Source: Candidatus Saccharimonadota bacterium
GTDB taxonomy: Bacteria > Pseudomonadota > Gammaproteobacteria > Enterobacterales > Enterobacteriaceae
Length of the DNA stretch: 32,000 nt
Assembly (NCBI GenBank): GCA_041941765.1
Contig: CP145869.1
Location: forward strand, 180,001 to 212,000
Direction: 5' to 3'
The notes under the pieces were generated by a model, which saw only the letters and a program-made list of their open reading frames with translations, made no database searches and had not been told where the DNA came from. The stretch's first letter is position 1, and the number at the start of each line of letters is the position of its first letter. The translations under genes and the position numbers were made by a program. Shown here piece by piece: positions 1 to 10,069 of the stretch.

Positions 1-1476
1 ATAGGAGTCTTTGAATCGCGAAAATTATCTGATTCTGCTAAAATGTTAGATGAAATAAGTAATTTGTATATTAGTACTTTGCTACTTCAAGGAGACCTTT
101 TAGGTAAAATTGGTCAATATTTACTTTTATATAATATACCTAATATTCCTTCAAAACGTATTTTACTAATAGGTTGTGGTAACGAACATCAACTTAATAG
201 AGATCATTATCAAACTATTATCAATAATATGATAAAGATTTTAAATGAAACTGGATCTAAAGAAGTTTTATTATTTTTAGCTGATGACTTAGATATTAAA
301 TATTTTAATACGTATTGGAAAATACGTCAAGCAGTTGAAACCATCAAAAACGCATTATATGTTTTTGATAAATTTAAGAGTAAGAAACAAAAATCTAAAA
401 AAAGTTGTCTGCATAAAATTATTTTTAATCTTTTACATTCTGAAGACATTTTTGTTGCAGAATTAGGTATTAAACATGGAATAGCTATTGCTGAGGGTAT
501 CAAAATAGCAAAAGATCTTAGTAACTTACCACCAAATATTTGTAATTCATCTTATATGGATTTACAAGCTTATGAGTTATTTAACTTATATAAAAATATC
601 AAAGTCTCATCAATTAATGAAAATACAATGAGAGATTTAGGTATGAATGCGTATTTAGCTGTAGGAGAAGGATCGAAAAATGAATCAATAATCACTATTA
701 TTGAATATGTATCTAATTTAGATAAAAAACCTATTATTTTGATAGGGAAAGGATTAACGTTTGATGCTGGGGGATTATCTATAAAACCTGCACAGGCCAT
801 GGAAGAAATGAAATATGATATGTGTGGTGCAGCTTCTGTATATGGTATTATGCATGTAGTTGCTAAATTAGAATTACCACTAAATATAATAGGAATTATT
901 GCTAGTTGCGAAAATATGATTAGTGAAAAATCTTTTCATCCAGGAGATATTTTAACTACTATGTCTGGAAAAACAGTTGAAGTTTTAAATACAGATGCTG
1001 AAGGAAGATTGGTATTATGTGACGTTTTAACATATGTTGAAAGATTTAACCCTAAAGTTGTAATTGATATAGCTACATTGACTGGTGCATGTATAATTGC
1101 TTTAGGAAATGAGATTAGTGGATTAATATCTAATCATAATCATTTAGCATCAGAGTTACTAAAGGCTTCAGAACTATCTGGTGATTTAGCATGGCGTTTA
1201 CCCATGATAAAAAAATATCAAGATCAATTAATATCCAATTCTGCAGATCTAACAAATATTGGTGGACGTTCCAGTTATGCAGGAGCTATTACAGCAGCTT
1301 GTTTTTTAGCACGTTTTACTACGAAGTATAAGTGGGCACATTTAGATATTGCAGGTACTGCATGGCAATCAGGAAAAGGTGCTACGGGAAGACCAGTATC
1401 TTTAATATCTCAATTTCTATTAAATAAAAGTATGTCTTCTTCATTTTTTAAAAAACATGACAAAGTGTATAAATAA
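1..1476 (+). CDS. pepA: Leucyl aminopeptidase PepA (M17 family), 5' end cut by the window edge
   Basis: Frame 1 is open from base 1. The residues [14 protein letters not shown] upstream of the track's Met at 43 align with the VGVFEPRRLSPIAEQL segment of E. coli PepA, so about 25 N-terminal codons lie outside the window. M17 signatures are present ([34 protein letters not shown]). The protein is colinear with E. coli PepA. Confidence 0.95.
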   Translation: MGVFESRKLSDSAKMLDEISNLYISTLLLQGDLLGKIGQYLLLYNIPNIPSKRILLIGCGNEHQLNRDHYQTIINNMIKILNETGSKEVLLFLADDLDIKYFNTYWKIRQAVETIKNALYVFDKFKSKKQKSKKSCLHKIIFNLLHSEDIFVAELGIKHGIAIAEGIKIAKDLSNLPPNICNSSYMDLQAYELFNLYKNIKVSSINENTMRDLGMNAYLAVGEGSKNESIITIIEYVSNLDKKPIILIGKGLTFDAGGLSIKPAQAMEEMKYDMCGAASVYGIMHVVAKLELPLNIIGIIASCENMISEKSFHPGDILTTMSGKTVEVLNTDAEGRLVLCDVLTYVERFNPKVVIDIATLTGACIIALGNEISGLISNHNHLASELLKASELSGDLAWRLPMIKKYQDQLISNSADLTNIGGRSSYAGAITAACFLARFTTKYKWAHLDIAGTAWQSGKGATGRPVSLISQFLLNKSMSSSFFKKHDKVYK

Positions 1477-1563
1477 AAATTCAAGAATTTTTCTAATTAT
1501 ATTATAGGGACATTATTCTTAATTCTCCATAATAATAGCTACTATCTATGTCATTAGAATTTT

Positions 1564-4461
1564 ATGAAAACTAAATACAATCCAAAAGAAATAGAACAGC
1601 CAATATATGAATATTGGGAAGAACAAGGATACTTTCATCCGCATGGCAATACTTCTAAAGAAAGTTTTTGCATTATGCTTCCACCACCAAATATTACGGG
1701 AAATTTGCATATGGGGCATGCTTTTCAGCAAACTATTATGGATATATTAATTCGTTATAATCGTATGCAAGGTAAAAATACTTTATGGCAAGTAGGTACA
1801 GATCATGCTGGAATTGCTACACAAATTATAATAGAACGTAAATTGGCTTTGCAATGTGGAGAACATCGAAAACAGTTTGGAAGAAAAAATTTTATCAATC
1901 ATGTTTGGCATTGGTCCAAAACTTTAAAACCAATTATTATTAATCAGATGAAACGTTTAGGGAATTCTGCAGATTGGCAACGTGAAAGATTTACAATGGA
2001 TTCTGATTTTTCTCTGTCAGTAACAGAAGCTTTTATACTTTTATATAAAGAAGGTTTAATTTATCGGGGAAAACGTTTGGTAAATTGGGATCCAATATTA
2101 GAAACAGCTATTTCTGATTTAGAAGTTAATAATCGTATATATAAAGGATCAATGTGGTATATACGTTATCCATTTGCTAATAAAAACGTAAGTACATTGG
2201 ATGGTAAAAATTATATGGTAGTAGCTACTACTCGGCCAGAAACTATTTTTGGTGATACAGCAATTGTTGTTCATCCTACTGATCAACGTTATAAATCATT
2301 AATCGGTCAATTGGTTAATATTCCTTTATTAAATCGTTGTATTCCTATTATTTCTGATAAACAAGTGGATATGTCTATAGGAACAGGATGTATGAAAATT
2401 ACACCAGCTCATGATTTTAAAGATTATGAAATAGGTCATCGCTATGACTTACCAATAATTAATATTTTTAACCTGAATGGAACTATTAGAACTTCTGCCG
2501 AAATAGTCAATTATCAAGGAAAAATAATAAATATTCCTTCTGTAATCATACCCATAGACTTTCATAACTTAGAACGTACTGCTGCTCGAAAAAAAATTAT
2601 CATTCAATTAAAACAAATTCATTTATTAGAAAAAATACAAGATCATAATTTTATGATGCCATATTCAGATCGTAGTGGTGCACTTATTGAACCTATCTTA
2701 ACTGATCAGTGGTATATTTGTACAAAATCTATGGCAAAAATGGCTATAGAAGCAGTTAAACAAAAAAGAATCCAATTTATTCCAAAAACATATGAAAATC
2801 TTTATTTCTCTTGGATGCATGATATTCAAGATTGGTGTATCTCTCGAAGTTTATGGTGGGGACATCGCATTCCAGTTTGGTATGATTTAAATGGAAATAT
2901 TTTTGTGGGCAAAAACGAAAAAGAAGTGCGTTTAAAAAATAACTTAGATATTAATCTTCATTTAAATCAAGATAATGATGTACTAGATACCTGGTTTTCA
3001 TCTGCATTATGGACATTTGCAACGTTAGGTTGGCCAAAGCATACTGATGCTTTAGATATTTTTCATCCTACTAATATATTAGTAAGTGGATTTGATATTA
3101 TTTTTTTTTGGATAGCACGTATGATAATGTTTACTATGCATTTTCTTAAAGATAAACAAGGAAAACCACAAATCCCATTTAAAACAGTATATATCACTGG
3201 ATTAATTAAAGATGAAGAAGGTAATAAAATGTCTAAATCAAAAGGAAATGTTATCGATCCTTTGGATATAATAGATGGAATTTCATTAGAAGCATTATTA
3301 AAAAAACGTACAGAAAATTTAATACAGCCCAAATTAGCTAATAAAATTATTCATCAGACTAAAAAAAAGTTTCCTTTTGGGATAAAACCCTATGGAACAG
3401 ATGCATTAAGATTTACTCTAGCTGCTTTATCTTCTAACTGTCGAGATATTCATTGGGATATGAAACGATTAGAAGGTTATCGTAATTTCTGTAATAAATT
3501 ATGGAATGCTGCGAGATTTATATTACAACAGCATATAAATATTAATGATAATCCTTCAACTGCTACTAAGAATAATGTTTCATTAATACAATTCAATCGT
3601 TGGATTAAATCTGAATTAAATATTACTATTAAAAATTATCGTGATGCATTAGATAATTATCGTTTTGATCTAGCATCTAATATAATTTATGAATTTACTT
3701 GGAATCAATATTGTGATTGGTATTTAGAAATAGTCAAACTCACTAAACAAAATTATTATACTGAATTTATCAAGTACACATACCATACTATGATTGAAAT
3801 TTTTGAATCTATCTTATTATTAGCACATCCTATTATGCCGTTTATTACTGAAACACTTTGGCAACGTCTGAAAAATAACAAATCTTCTTCTGACACTATT
3901 ATGTTGCAACCTTTTCCTAATTATGATTCATTACAATATGATCATACAGCAATAATTGAGATAAACTTTATAAAAAAAATAGTTACAGCTATACGTAATA
4001 TTCGTGCTGAAATGAATTTACCATTAAATACATATTTAAAAGTCTTTTTTCGAAAGATTAATAATCTTAACTATTCTACTACTAATATTGATTATATTAC
4101 AATAATTAATAATTATACAGAATTTTTATGTTTAATGGCGCATTTAAGTACACTTAAAGTTTGGAAAAATAATTTTCAAATGAATAATTGTACTTATAAG
4201 AATAAAATTGTTTCAGGTATAGAATTATTAGTTCCATTAACAGGAATTATTAATCAAACCATTGAATTAGAACGAATAACTAAAAAAATAGATAAATTAT
4301 CTATAAAAATTAATAAACTAGAAAAACTTTTTTTAGATGAAGCCTTTCTCTCTCATGCTCCAACCAATATAATTTTAAAAAATCGAGAACAATTAAATTC
4401 TTATTTGCAAGAAAAACAACTATTAGAGCATCAACAACAAAAATTATTAAAAGAAAATTAA
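1564..4461 (+). CDS. valS: Valyl-tRNA synthetase
   Basis: 965 aa, against about 951 in E. coli. Class I motifs are present: [14 protein letters not shown] (HIGH) and NKMSKSKGN (KMSKS). ValRS-typical [14 protein letters not shown] and a C-terminal coiled-coil extension are also present. Confidence 0.97.
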   Translation: MKTKYNPKEIEQPIYEYWEEQGYFHPHGNTSKESFCIMLPPPNITGNLHMGHAFQQTIMDILIRYNRMQGKNTLWQVGTDHAGIATQIIIERKLALQCGEHRKQFGRKNFINHVWHWSKTLKPIIINQMKRLGNSADWQRERFTMDSDFSLSVTEAFILLYKEGLIYRGKRLVNWDPILETAISDLEVNNRIYKGSMWYIRYPFANKNVSTLDGKNYMVVATTRPETIFGDTAIVVHPTDQRYKSLIGQLVNIPLLNRCIPIISDKQVDMSIGTGCMKITPAHDFKDYEIGHRYDLPIINIFNLNGTIRTSAEIVNYQGKIINIPSVIIPIDFHNLERTAARKKIIIQLKQIHLLEKIQDHNFMMPYSDRSGALIEPILTDQWYICTKSMAKMAIEAVKQKRIQFIPKTYENLYFSWMHDIQDWCISRSLWWGHRIPVWYDLNGNIFVGKNEKEVRLKNNLDINLHLNQDNDVLDTWFSSALWTFATLGWPKHTDALDIFHPTNILVSGFDIIFFWIARMIMFTMHFLKDKQGKPQIPFKTVYITGLIKDEEGNKMSKSKGNVIDPLDIIDGISLEALLKKRTENLIQPKLANKIIHQTKKKFPFGIKPYGTDALRFTLAALSSNCRDIHWDMKRLEGYRNFCNKLWNAARFILQQHININDNPSTATKNNVSLIQFNRWIKSELNITIKNYRDALDNYRFDLASNIIYEFTWNQYCDWYLEIVKLTKQNYYTEFIKYTYHTMIEIFESILLLAHPIMPFITETLWQRLKNNKSSSDTIMLQPFPNYDSLQYDHTAIIEINFIKKIVTAIRNIRAEMNLPLNTYLKVFFRKINNLNYSTTNIDYITIINNYTEFLCLMAHLSTLKVWKNNFQMNNCTYKNKIVSGIELLVPLTGIINQTIELERITKKIDKLSIKINKLEKLFLDEAFLSHAPTNIILKNREQLNSYLQEKQLLEHQQQKLLKEN

Positions 4462-5468
4462 TTATTACTAATCAAGGTTATTAAATCTAATAATTTTTCT
4501 GAATATCCTATTTCATTATCATACCAGGATATAATTTTAAAAAAATTGTTATTTAATGCAATACTTGCATCAGCGTCAAAAATTGATGTAAAAGTTTTAC
4601 CATAAAAATCACTCGAAACCAGTTTTTGTTTATTATAACCCAAAATTCCTTTAAGAGTTGTTTCCGATGCTTCTTTCATTATGGTACATATTGTTTCATA
4701 ATTAGCAGAGTTTTTTAATCTTACTGTTAAATCTATTACTGAAACATTAGGTACTGGAACACGAAATGCCATTCCAGTTAATTTTCCTTTAAGTGAAGGA
4801 ATAATTTGACTTATTGAATGTGCAGCTCCTGTAGATGATGGAATTATATTTTGCAAACCACTTCGTCCTAATCTCCAATCTTTACCACTAATACCATCTA
4901 CAATTTTTTGTGTTGCAGTTAAAGCATGTATAGTTGTCATCATTCCTTCTATAATAATAAAATTTTCATGAAGAATTTTAACTATAGGAGCTAAACAGTT
5001 AGTTGTACAAGATGCATTTGAAATAATTTTTTGCCCTTTATAACAATTATGATTTACTCCTATTACAAACATATCAATGTTATCATCTTTAGGGGGGGCA
5101 GTAAGTACTACTTTTTTAGCTCCTGCAATAAGATGTTTTGAAGCCAATTCTTTGGTTAAAAATTTTCCCGTAGCTTCAATAACAACTTCAACTCCCATAG
5201 TATTCCATCTTAAATTAAGAGGATTAGGTTCTGCAGTTACTAGTATATTTTTTTTATTTACTATCAAATTTCTATTTTTTAGATCTACATCTATAATTCC
5301 GGGAAATATTCCATGTGTGGAATCATATTTTAAAATATAAGCTAAATGATCTATTGGAACCAATAGATCATTTATAGCTACTATGTTAAGATTTTTTCGT
5401 TTTTGTGCGGCTCTAAAAATTGTTCTTCCAATTCTACCAAAACCGTTAATACCTATTTTAATATTCAT
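4458..5468 (-). CDS. gapA: Glyceraldehyde-3-phosphate dehydrogenase A
   Basis: Colinear with E. coli GapA: [12 protein letters not shown]-binding motif, active site [17 protein letters not shown] near the C-terminus. The track start at 5480 is a TTG lying inside the Shine-Dalgarno sequence (minus strand TTGGAGAAATATATG). The ATG at 5468, 6 nt after GGAG, gives [15 protein letters not shown], matching E. coli [15 protein letters not shown]. Confidence 0.95.
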   Translation of the reverse strand: MNIKIGINGFGRIGRTIFRAAQKRKNLNIVAINDLLVPIDHLAYILKYDSTHGIFPGIIDVDLKNRNLIVNKKNILVTAEPNPLNLRWNTMGVEVVIEATGKFLTKELASKHLIAGAKKVVLTAPPKDDNIDMFVIGVNHNCYKGQKIISNASCTTNCLAPIVKILHENFIIIEGMMTTIHALTATQKIVDGISGKDWRLGRSGLQNIIPSSTGAAHSISQIIPSLKGKLTGMAFRVPVPNVSVIDLTVRLKNSANYETICTIMKEASETTLKGILGYNKQKLVSSDFYGKTFTSIFDADASIALNNNFFKIISWYDNEIGYSEKLLDLITLISNN

Positions 5469-5508
5469 ATATTTCTCCAAAACTAATTAAATAATAATAA
5501 TCAATTTT

Positions 5509-7566
5509 CTAGTTAGAAACGCATTCAAGACATTCTGCATATATGGGCATATTCTTAGACTTTAAAGATTCTAGAAATATGCTTAAATACGGATTTAAAA
5601 CCTTTATTAAATTAGGGTTCTGAGAAATAACTTTATATATTGGTTGTAGTAATTCTTTTTTAATAATTGCCATTGATAATGAATCATCGTCATCATCAGA
5701 GCTATCGCTGAAAAAAGCGTTTAAATTATACAGCAGAGCAAGATATGGATCATAAGGATTAAGCCATTCTATATATATATTCTTATTATTATCCTTATGT
5801 GCTAATTCTATAACTTTATTAATAGCGTCGTCAAAATTTCCTATCTGATCAACTAATCCTATTTTTTGAGCTTGAGAACCAGACCATACTCTACCTTCAC
5901 CAATTGAATTAATATATTGTATAGAACGATGTCTTGCCTCAGCTACTTTATATATAAAATTATCATACTCCATTTTGATGTGGGTCTTGAAAACATCTTG
6001 CTCTTGAGGAGTTAAACTCCGGAATAGAGGTGCTTTTCTTATAACAGTTGCAGTTGAGACAGGTGATTTATTTAATACAATTTGATGTATACCCAGTTTA
6101 TCCAATAATAATTTGAAATTTGGTATTACACCAAATATACCTATTGATCCAGTAATAGTATAAGGATTGGCAATTATATAATCAGTTGTAGTGGTAATTA
6201 AATAACCTCCTGATGCTGCATATTGTCCCATATAAGTTACTACTGGTTTACCTCTATTACGTAATGTCTGAAAACTGTTACGTATATTTTCTGATGGTTC
6301 TACTAGACCCCCTGGACTATCATCATATACTACAAAACCCATATATCGTGGAGATTGAGTGGCTTCCTGTATCAGATCAATGATATATTTACTATAGCCA
6401 GACGAAAGCTCTCCATCAATTTTGATCACACCAACCGTATTTCCTGTTTCTCTTTTCTGTAACGGTTTTTTAAAATTATCATGATGGGTGACTGTCTTTT
6501 CTTGATGAATATTTTCGATATAATTATTAATATTAATTTGATTAAACTTATGTAATATCTTATTACCTCCAAATTGTTGAATTATTTCATCATTAAAATC
6601 ATTTTCAGTTGTTAATTTATCAACTAAATTATTTTGAATAGCATACTTGGTAAAATCATATTTAAGCTCTTTGAGTTTGTTCAATATTTCTTTAGGGGCA
6701 GGAAAAAGTTGTTGTACTGTTATATGTCGATTTTTTGCTACAGTTTGTAAATAATGATCCCATAAATCTTTTGCTAACGATTCTCTATCAGCACGAGCAG
6801 CAGAAGACATTTCATTAAGTAATATTGGTTCAACAGCAGCTTTATACTTACCTACTTTTACTATATAAGGACTTATTCCAAGTTTGTCTAAAAAATCTTT
6901 ATAATAGTAAATTTCATTTGTTAACATACCAGATAATTCTACAAATCCCTTAGGATGGAGATAAACTTTATTAGCAAAACTTGCTAAATAATATACGTTT
7001 TGTGGATAATTCTTACTTATAGAGTAAACTGATTTACCACTCGCTTTAAATTCTTGTAATGCGTGACCCACGTAATCTAACATAGTCAGATCTGATTCAT
7101 TTTTAAAATGCGATAAATTTAAAACTATACTAGATATAGTTGGATCATATGTTGCTCTATGAATAGCATCCACTACCTCAAATAACGAAACCTTATCTGA
7201 GTATTTTAAAGATTCCATCCATGCGATTATTTTTTTTACCAAAAGTTTGTCAATAAAATTTAATTTTTTAAATTGGTCCTTTTGGGGTATTATTGGGTCG
7301 GGTAATATATATTTTACGAATGCCGACATATCTAAGACTAAAACTCGTGGTGAACTTTTATTATTTTTGAGTTGCTGATGCTGCTGCCGATGATAATTTA
7401 ATGGGATTTTAGGATTAGAATATTGATAATATTTAAATAGTAAAAACATACTTCCTATTACTAAAAAAATTAGTAAGAGATTAGCAATACCTTCACGAAC
7501 TAAACGTAAAATCCCCCAAATAGTGCTACAAAACTTCTTAATATTATGCCACACTGTCTTCATCAT
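5509..7566 (-). CDS. sppA: Signal peptide peptidase A (protease IV), tandem S49 domains
   Basis: Colinear with E. coli SppA: YLASFANK, KVGKYKAAVEP (catalytic Lys region), QYAASGGY (catalytic Ser region), TGSIGIFG, and an N-terminal TM helix. The track start at 7575 is a TTG only 1 nt after GGAG. The ATG at 7566 (or 7563) gives M(M)KTVWHNI, compared with E. coli MRTLWRFI. The protein is about 65 aa longer than E. coli's, including an acidic SSDDDDDS insert. Confidence 0.9.
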   Translation of the reverse strand: MMKTVWHNIKKFCSTIWGILRLVREGIANLLLIFLVIGSMFLLFKYYQYSNPKIPLNYHRQQHQQLKNNKSSPRVLVLDMSAFVKYILPDPIIPQKDQFKKLNFIDKLLVKKIIAWMESLKYSDKVSLFEVVDAIHRATYDPTISSIVLNLSHFKNESDLTMLDYVGHALQEFKASGKSVYSISKNYPQNVYYLASFANKVYLHPKGFVELSGMLTNEIYYYKDFLDKLGISPYIVKVGKYKAAVEPILLNEMSSAARADRESLAKDLWDHYLQTVAKNRHITVQQLFPAPKEILNKLKELKYDFTKYAIQNNLVDKLTTENDFNDEIIQQFGGNKILHKFNQININNYIENIHQEKTVTHHDNFKKPLQKRETGNTVGVIKIDGELSSGYSKYIIDLIQEATQSPRYMGFVVYDDSPGGLVEPSENIRNSFQTLRNRGKPVVTYMGQYAASGGYLITTTTDYIIANPYTITGSIGIFGVIPNFKLLLDKLGIHQIVLNKSPVSTATVIRKAPLFRSLTPQEQDVFKTHIKMEYDNFIYKVAEARHRSIQYINSIGEGRVWSGSQAQKIGLVDQIGNFDDAINKVIELAHKDNNKNIYIEWLNPYDPYLALLYNLNAFFSDSSDDDDDSLSMAIIKKELLQPIYKVISQNPNLIKVLNPYLSIFLESLKSKNMPIYAECLECVSN

Positions 7567-7676
7567 ACCATACAATCTCCAATATTAGATTTAGATTATT
7601 AATAAAATTTTTAATATAATACAACAATATCGAAAGTTTAAATCTAATCAATCAAAAAGAAAAGTGTTTTTATTAT

Positions 7677-8354
7677 ATGATGTATGAATTTTTAAATAAT
7701 GAAAAAAAGTTATTAGCACTTTGTCAATCTTTTGCAGGTTATAATTTAGGAGATTTAGCAGCATATACTAGATTAAATATTCCAAGAGATTTAAAATCTA
7801 ATAAAGGTTGGATAGGTCATTTAATCGAAAAATGTCTTGGAGCAAAAGTAAATAACAAACCCCAACCTGATTTTTCACATTTAGGAGTTGAATTAAAAAC
7901 TATACCAATAAATAGTTCGGGTCGTCCACTTCAAGCGACATTTATTTGTTCACTATCATTATCAATGAAAAAAAATCTAGGTATTACCTGGAAAATATCT
8001 AATGTTCGTAATAAAATTTCTAGAATTTTATGGGTACCTATAGAAGGTGAAAAAAACATTCCTCTTACTTTAAGAAAAGTAGGTACTCCGTTTTTGTGGA
8101 GTCCAAATTGTTACGAAGAACATCTTATACGTTGTGATTGGGAAGAATTAATAGAATCAGTTATATGTGGAGAAATAGAAAATGTAAGTACAAGAAATGG
8201 AGAAGTATTACAAATATGTCCTAAAACTACTAGAGGTAAAAATTTTACTAAAATTCTTGGAAAATATGGTCAAATAATTCATATTAGGCCTTTAGGTTTT
8301 TATTTAAGAAAAAATTTTACTGCTCTTATTTTAGCCCGTCAATTTTTACTTTAA
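7677..8354 (+). CDS. mutH: DNA mismatch repair endonuclease MutH
   Basis: 225 aa, against 229 in E. coli. Colinear matches include KGWIGHLIEKCLGA, DFSHLGVELKTIP, ILWVPIEGEK, CDWEELIE and RPLGFYLRKNFT. Confidence 0.93.
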   Translation: MMYEFLNNEKKLLALCQSFAGYNLGDLAAYTRLNIPRDLKSNKGWIGHLIEKCLGAKVNNKPQPDFSHLGVELKTIPINSSGRPLQATFICSLSLSMKKNLGITWKISNVRNKISRILWVPIEGEKNIPLTLRKVGTPFLWSPNCYEEHLIRCDWEELIESVICGEIENVSTRNGEVLQICPKTTRGKNFTKILGKYGQIIHIRPLGFYLRKNFTALILARQFLL

Positions 8355-8370
8355 TTATAGAATCGCAAAA

Positions 8371-9090
8371 ATGTTTATTACTCCAACCAATGTTTGGCTG
8401 TCTTTAATTACTTTAATAATTATAGAAATCATATTAGGTATTGACAATATTTTTTTTATTTCATTAATAGTTGCGAAATTACCTAAAAATCAACAAAAAT
8501 CCGTTCGTTCTTTTGCATTAATAGCAGCAATGTTAATACGTCTAATCTTATTATTTTGTCTGATTCGACTTATTAAAATTAATAAAATATTATTTACTCT
8601 GTTTAATTATGTATTTACTATGCATAATATTATTTTGTTAATAGGAGGATTATTTTTAATAATAAAATCCACTTTAGAACTTGTTAATTTATTGACAATA
8701 CATAGATATGAAAATAAACCAAGTATTTATTCTGGTTTTTCAGTAATCGTTTTTCAAATCATTTTTTTCGATATTCTATTTAGTTTTGATTCAGTAATTA
8801 CAGCTATTGGTTTATCGAATAATCTATTTATAATATTTACTGCTATAATAATAGCAGTTATTATAATGATGTATACTGCATTAACAATTTCTAATTTTAT
8901 TAATCATCACTTGTCAGTTAAAATCTTAGCATTAGCATTCTTATTTTTAGTTGGGTTAACTTTAATTGGTGAAGGATTTAATATACATATTCCTATTGGA
9001 TATATTTATTTTGCATTATTCTTTTCTATATTGGTAGAAATATTAAATCTTTTAATTAAGAATAAGATCACTAAGATTAAAAAAAATTAA
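8371..9090 (+). CDS. ygdQ: TerC-family integral membrane protein, YgdQ ortholog
   Basis: 239 aa and polytopic. It carries the TerC signature IEIILGIDNIFFISLIVAKLP, a second DSVITAIGLS repeat, and a C-terminus PIGYIYFALFFSILVEILNLLIKNK that resembles E. coli YgdQ PKGYIYFAMFFSIAVESLNLIRNKK. It sits directly downstream of mutH, as in E. coli. Confidence 0.8.
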   Translation: MFITPTNVWLSLITLIIIEIILGIDNIFFISLIVAKLPKNQQKSVRSFALIAAMLIRLILLFCLIRLIKINKILFTLFNYVFTMHNIILLIGGLFLIIKSTLELVNLLTIHRYENKPSIYSGFSVIVFQIIFFDILFSFDSVITAIGLSNNLFIIFTAIIIAVIIMMYTALTISNFINHHLSVKILALAFLFLVGLTLIGEGFNIHIPIGYIYFALFFSILVEILNLLIKNKITKIKKN

Positions 9091-9097
9091 GACTTTT

Positions 9098-10069
9098 TTA
9101 ATATTCTATAATTACAGACACTGTATCAGTGTAATTTCCAGATGGAACATCAATTTGTGTTGGATTTATTATAGCTTTATAAGCTATTAATTGTGGAAAT
9201 CCTGTTCCAATAAATTGCTTTGTATTATTTTTATTCCAAATTAAATTATTTTCTGGATGATAGAGATTATATTGAATATAATGATTATTATTATCACTTA
9301 ATCGACGCCATTGATCCTGAAAATGGTTACCTTCAGTAAACCAAAGTTTATAATTTTCTTGTTTTGTACAACTTACTGTCATATTAATTGTTGAAGATTT
9401 AAATTGATGTATTAGTGCATGACTTCCAAAATTAATATCAGGTATATTATTAATAATACAATCTTTATTTATGATAATTTTAACTGTTATGAAAGTTGAA
9501 CCTTTCCCATTCCAAGATGAAAAACATACTAAACTACCAAATCTACAAATTGAATATTCCCAATTCATTTGAATAATATCTTGATATACTCCAGCTCTTA
9601 CATTAGCATTTGGAGAAGTTTTTATATAAAGAGGAACTCTAGAATTAGTAGAAGACAATATCATAGAAATAAGATTAAGACTTTTATAGTCAATGGAATC
9701 TCCACTTTTATAAGCATATTGATAATTTTTATCAGGATAAATCATATAAGAAATGGTATCTCCTGAACCATCTAGATTTTTTAATTGCATATTATTATAG
9801 GTTCCAATAATCTTACCTTTAATTTTATTATGTGTTAATAAAGTCATACTTAATCCAGAACAAGCTAGTCCAGAATTTCCTTCGGCTTTTATGCTACCAT
9901 TTAATACTGCAAAAGAAGTAGAATTTGATAATTCTACTTTTCCATCTGATAACCAACAATGAGCTAATACTACATTAAAAAAAAATAATTGTATTATTAC
10001 TAATGTAATAATACTAAACCAATGGATTTTAATAATAATATTATTAAAAACTAGATTTTTTATTGACAA
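9098..10069 (-). CDS. CsuE-like two-domain pilus tip subunit (putative adhesin), SCPU-type
   Basis: 323 aa and last gene of the operon. Signal peptide: IKIHWFSIITLVIIQLFFFNVVLA/HC. The C-terminal half has the SCPU pattern (NKDC...VSCTKQ Cys pair, YNLYHPENN, final strand PSGNYTDTVSVIIEY). The N-terminal half ends with a similar strand, RAGVYQDIIQMNWEY. The TTG start overlaps the usher stop by 10 nt (GTTTGTCAATAA). Confidence 0.7.
   Translation of the reverse strand: MSIKNLVFNNIIIKIHWFSIITLVIIQLFFFNVVLAHCWLSDGKVELSNSTSFAVLNGSIKAEGNSGLACSGLSMTLLTHNKIKGKIIGTYNNMQLKNLDGSGDTISYMIYPDKNYQYAYKSGDSIDYKSLNLISMILSSTNSRVPLYIKTSPNANVRAGVYQDIIQMNWEYSICRFGSLVCFSSWNGKGSTFITVKIIINKDCIINNIPDINFGSHALIHQFKSSTINMTVSCTKQENYKLWFTEGNHFQDQWRRLSDNNNHYIQYNLYHPENNLIWNKNNTKQFIGTGFPQLIAYKAIINPTQIDVPSGNYTDTVSVIIEY

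Noticed and set aside
570-800. 76-aa minus-strand ORF
   Set aside because: It lies entirely antisense within pepA, has no recognisable motifs, and is the kind of ORF expected by chance opposite a well-supported gene.
1546-1731. 61-aa minus-strand ORF across the valS start
   Set aside because: It is antisense to the conserved valS N-terminus (HIGH region). The sequence is low-complexity and hydrophobic, with no Shine-Dalgarno or known family resemblance.
3063-3332. 89-aa minus-strand ORF
   Set aside because: It is antisense to the KMSKS region of valS and is treated as spurious.
5077-5340. 87-aa plus-strand ORF
   Set aside because: It is antisense to gapA and is treated as spurious.
7584-7648. 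10-bp inverted repeat ATTAGATTTA ... TAAATCTAAT in the sppA-mutH divergent intergenic region
   Set aside because: The arms are pure low-complexity AT sequence separated by 45 nt. A match like this is plausible by chance at this composition, and there is no further supporting structure.
9569-9766. 65-aa plus-strand ORF
   Set aside because: It is antisense to the pilus tip gene, is Ile/Arg/Ser-rich low complexity, and is treated as spurious.
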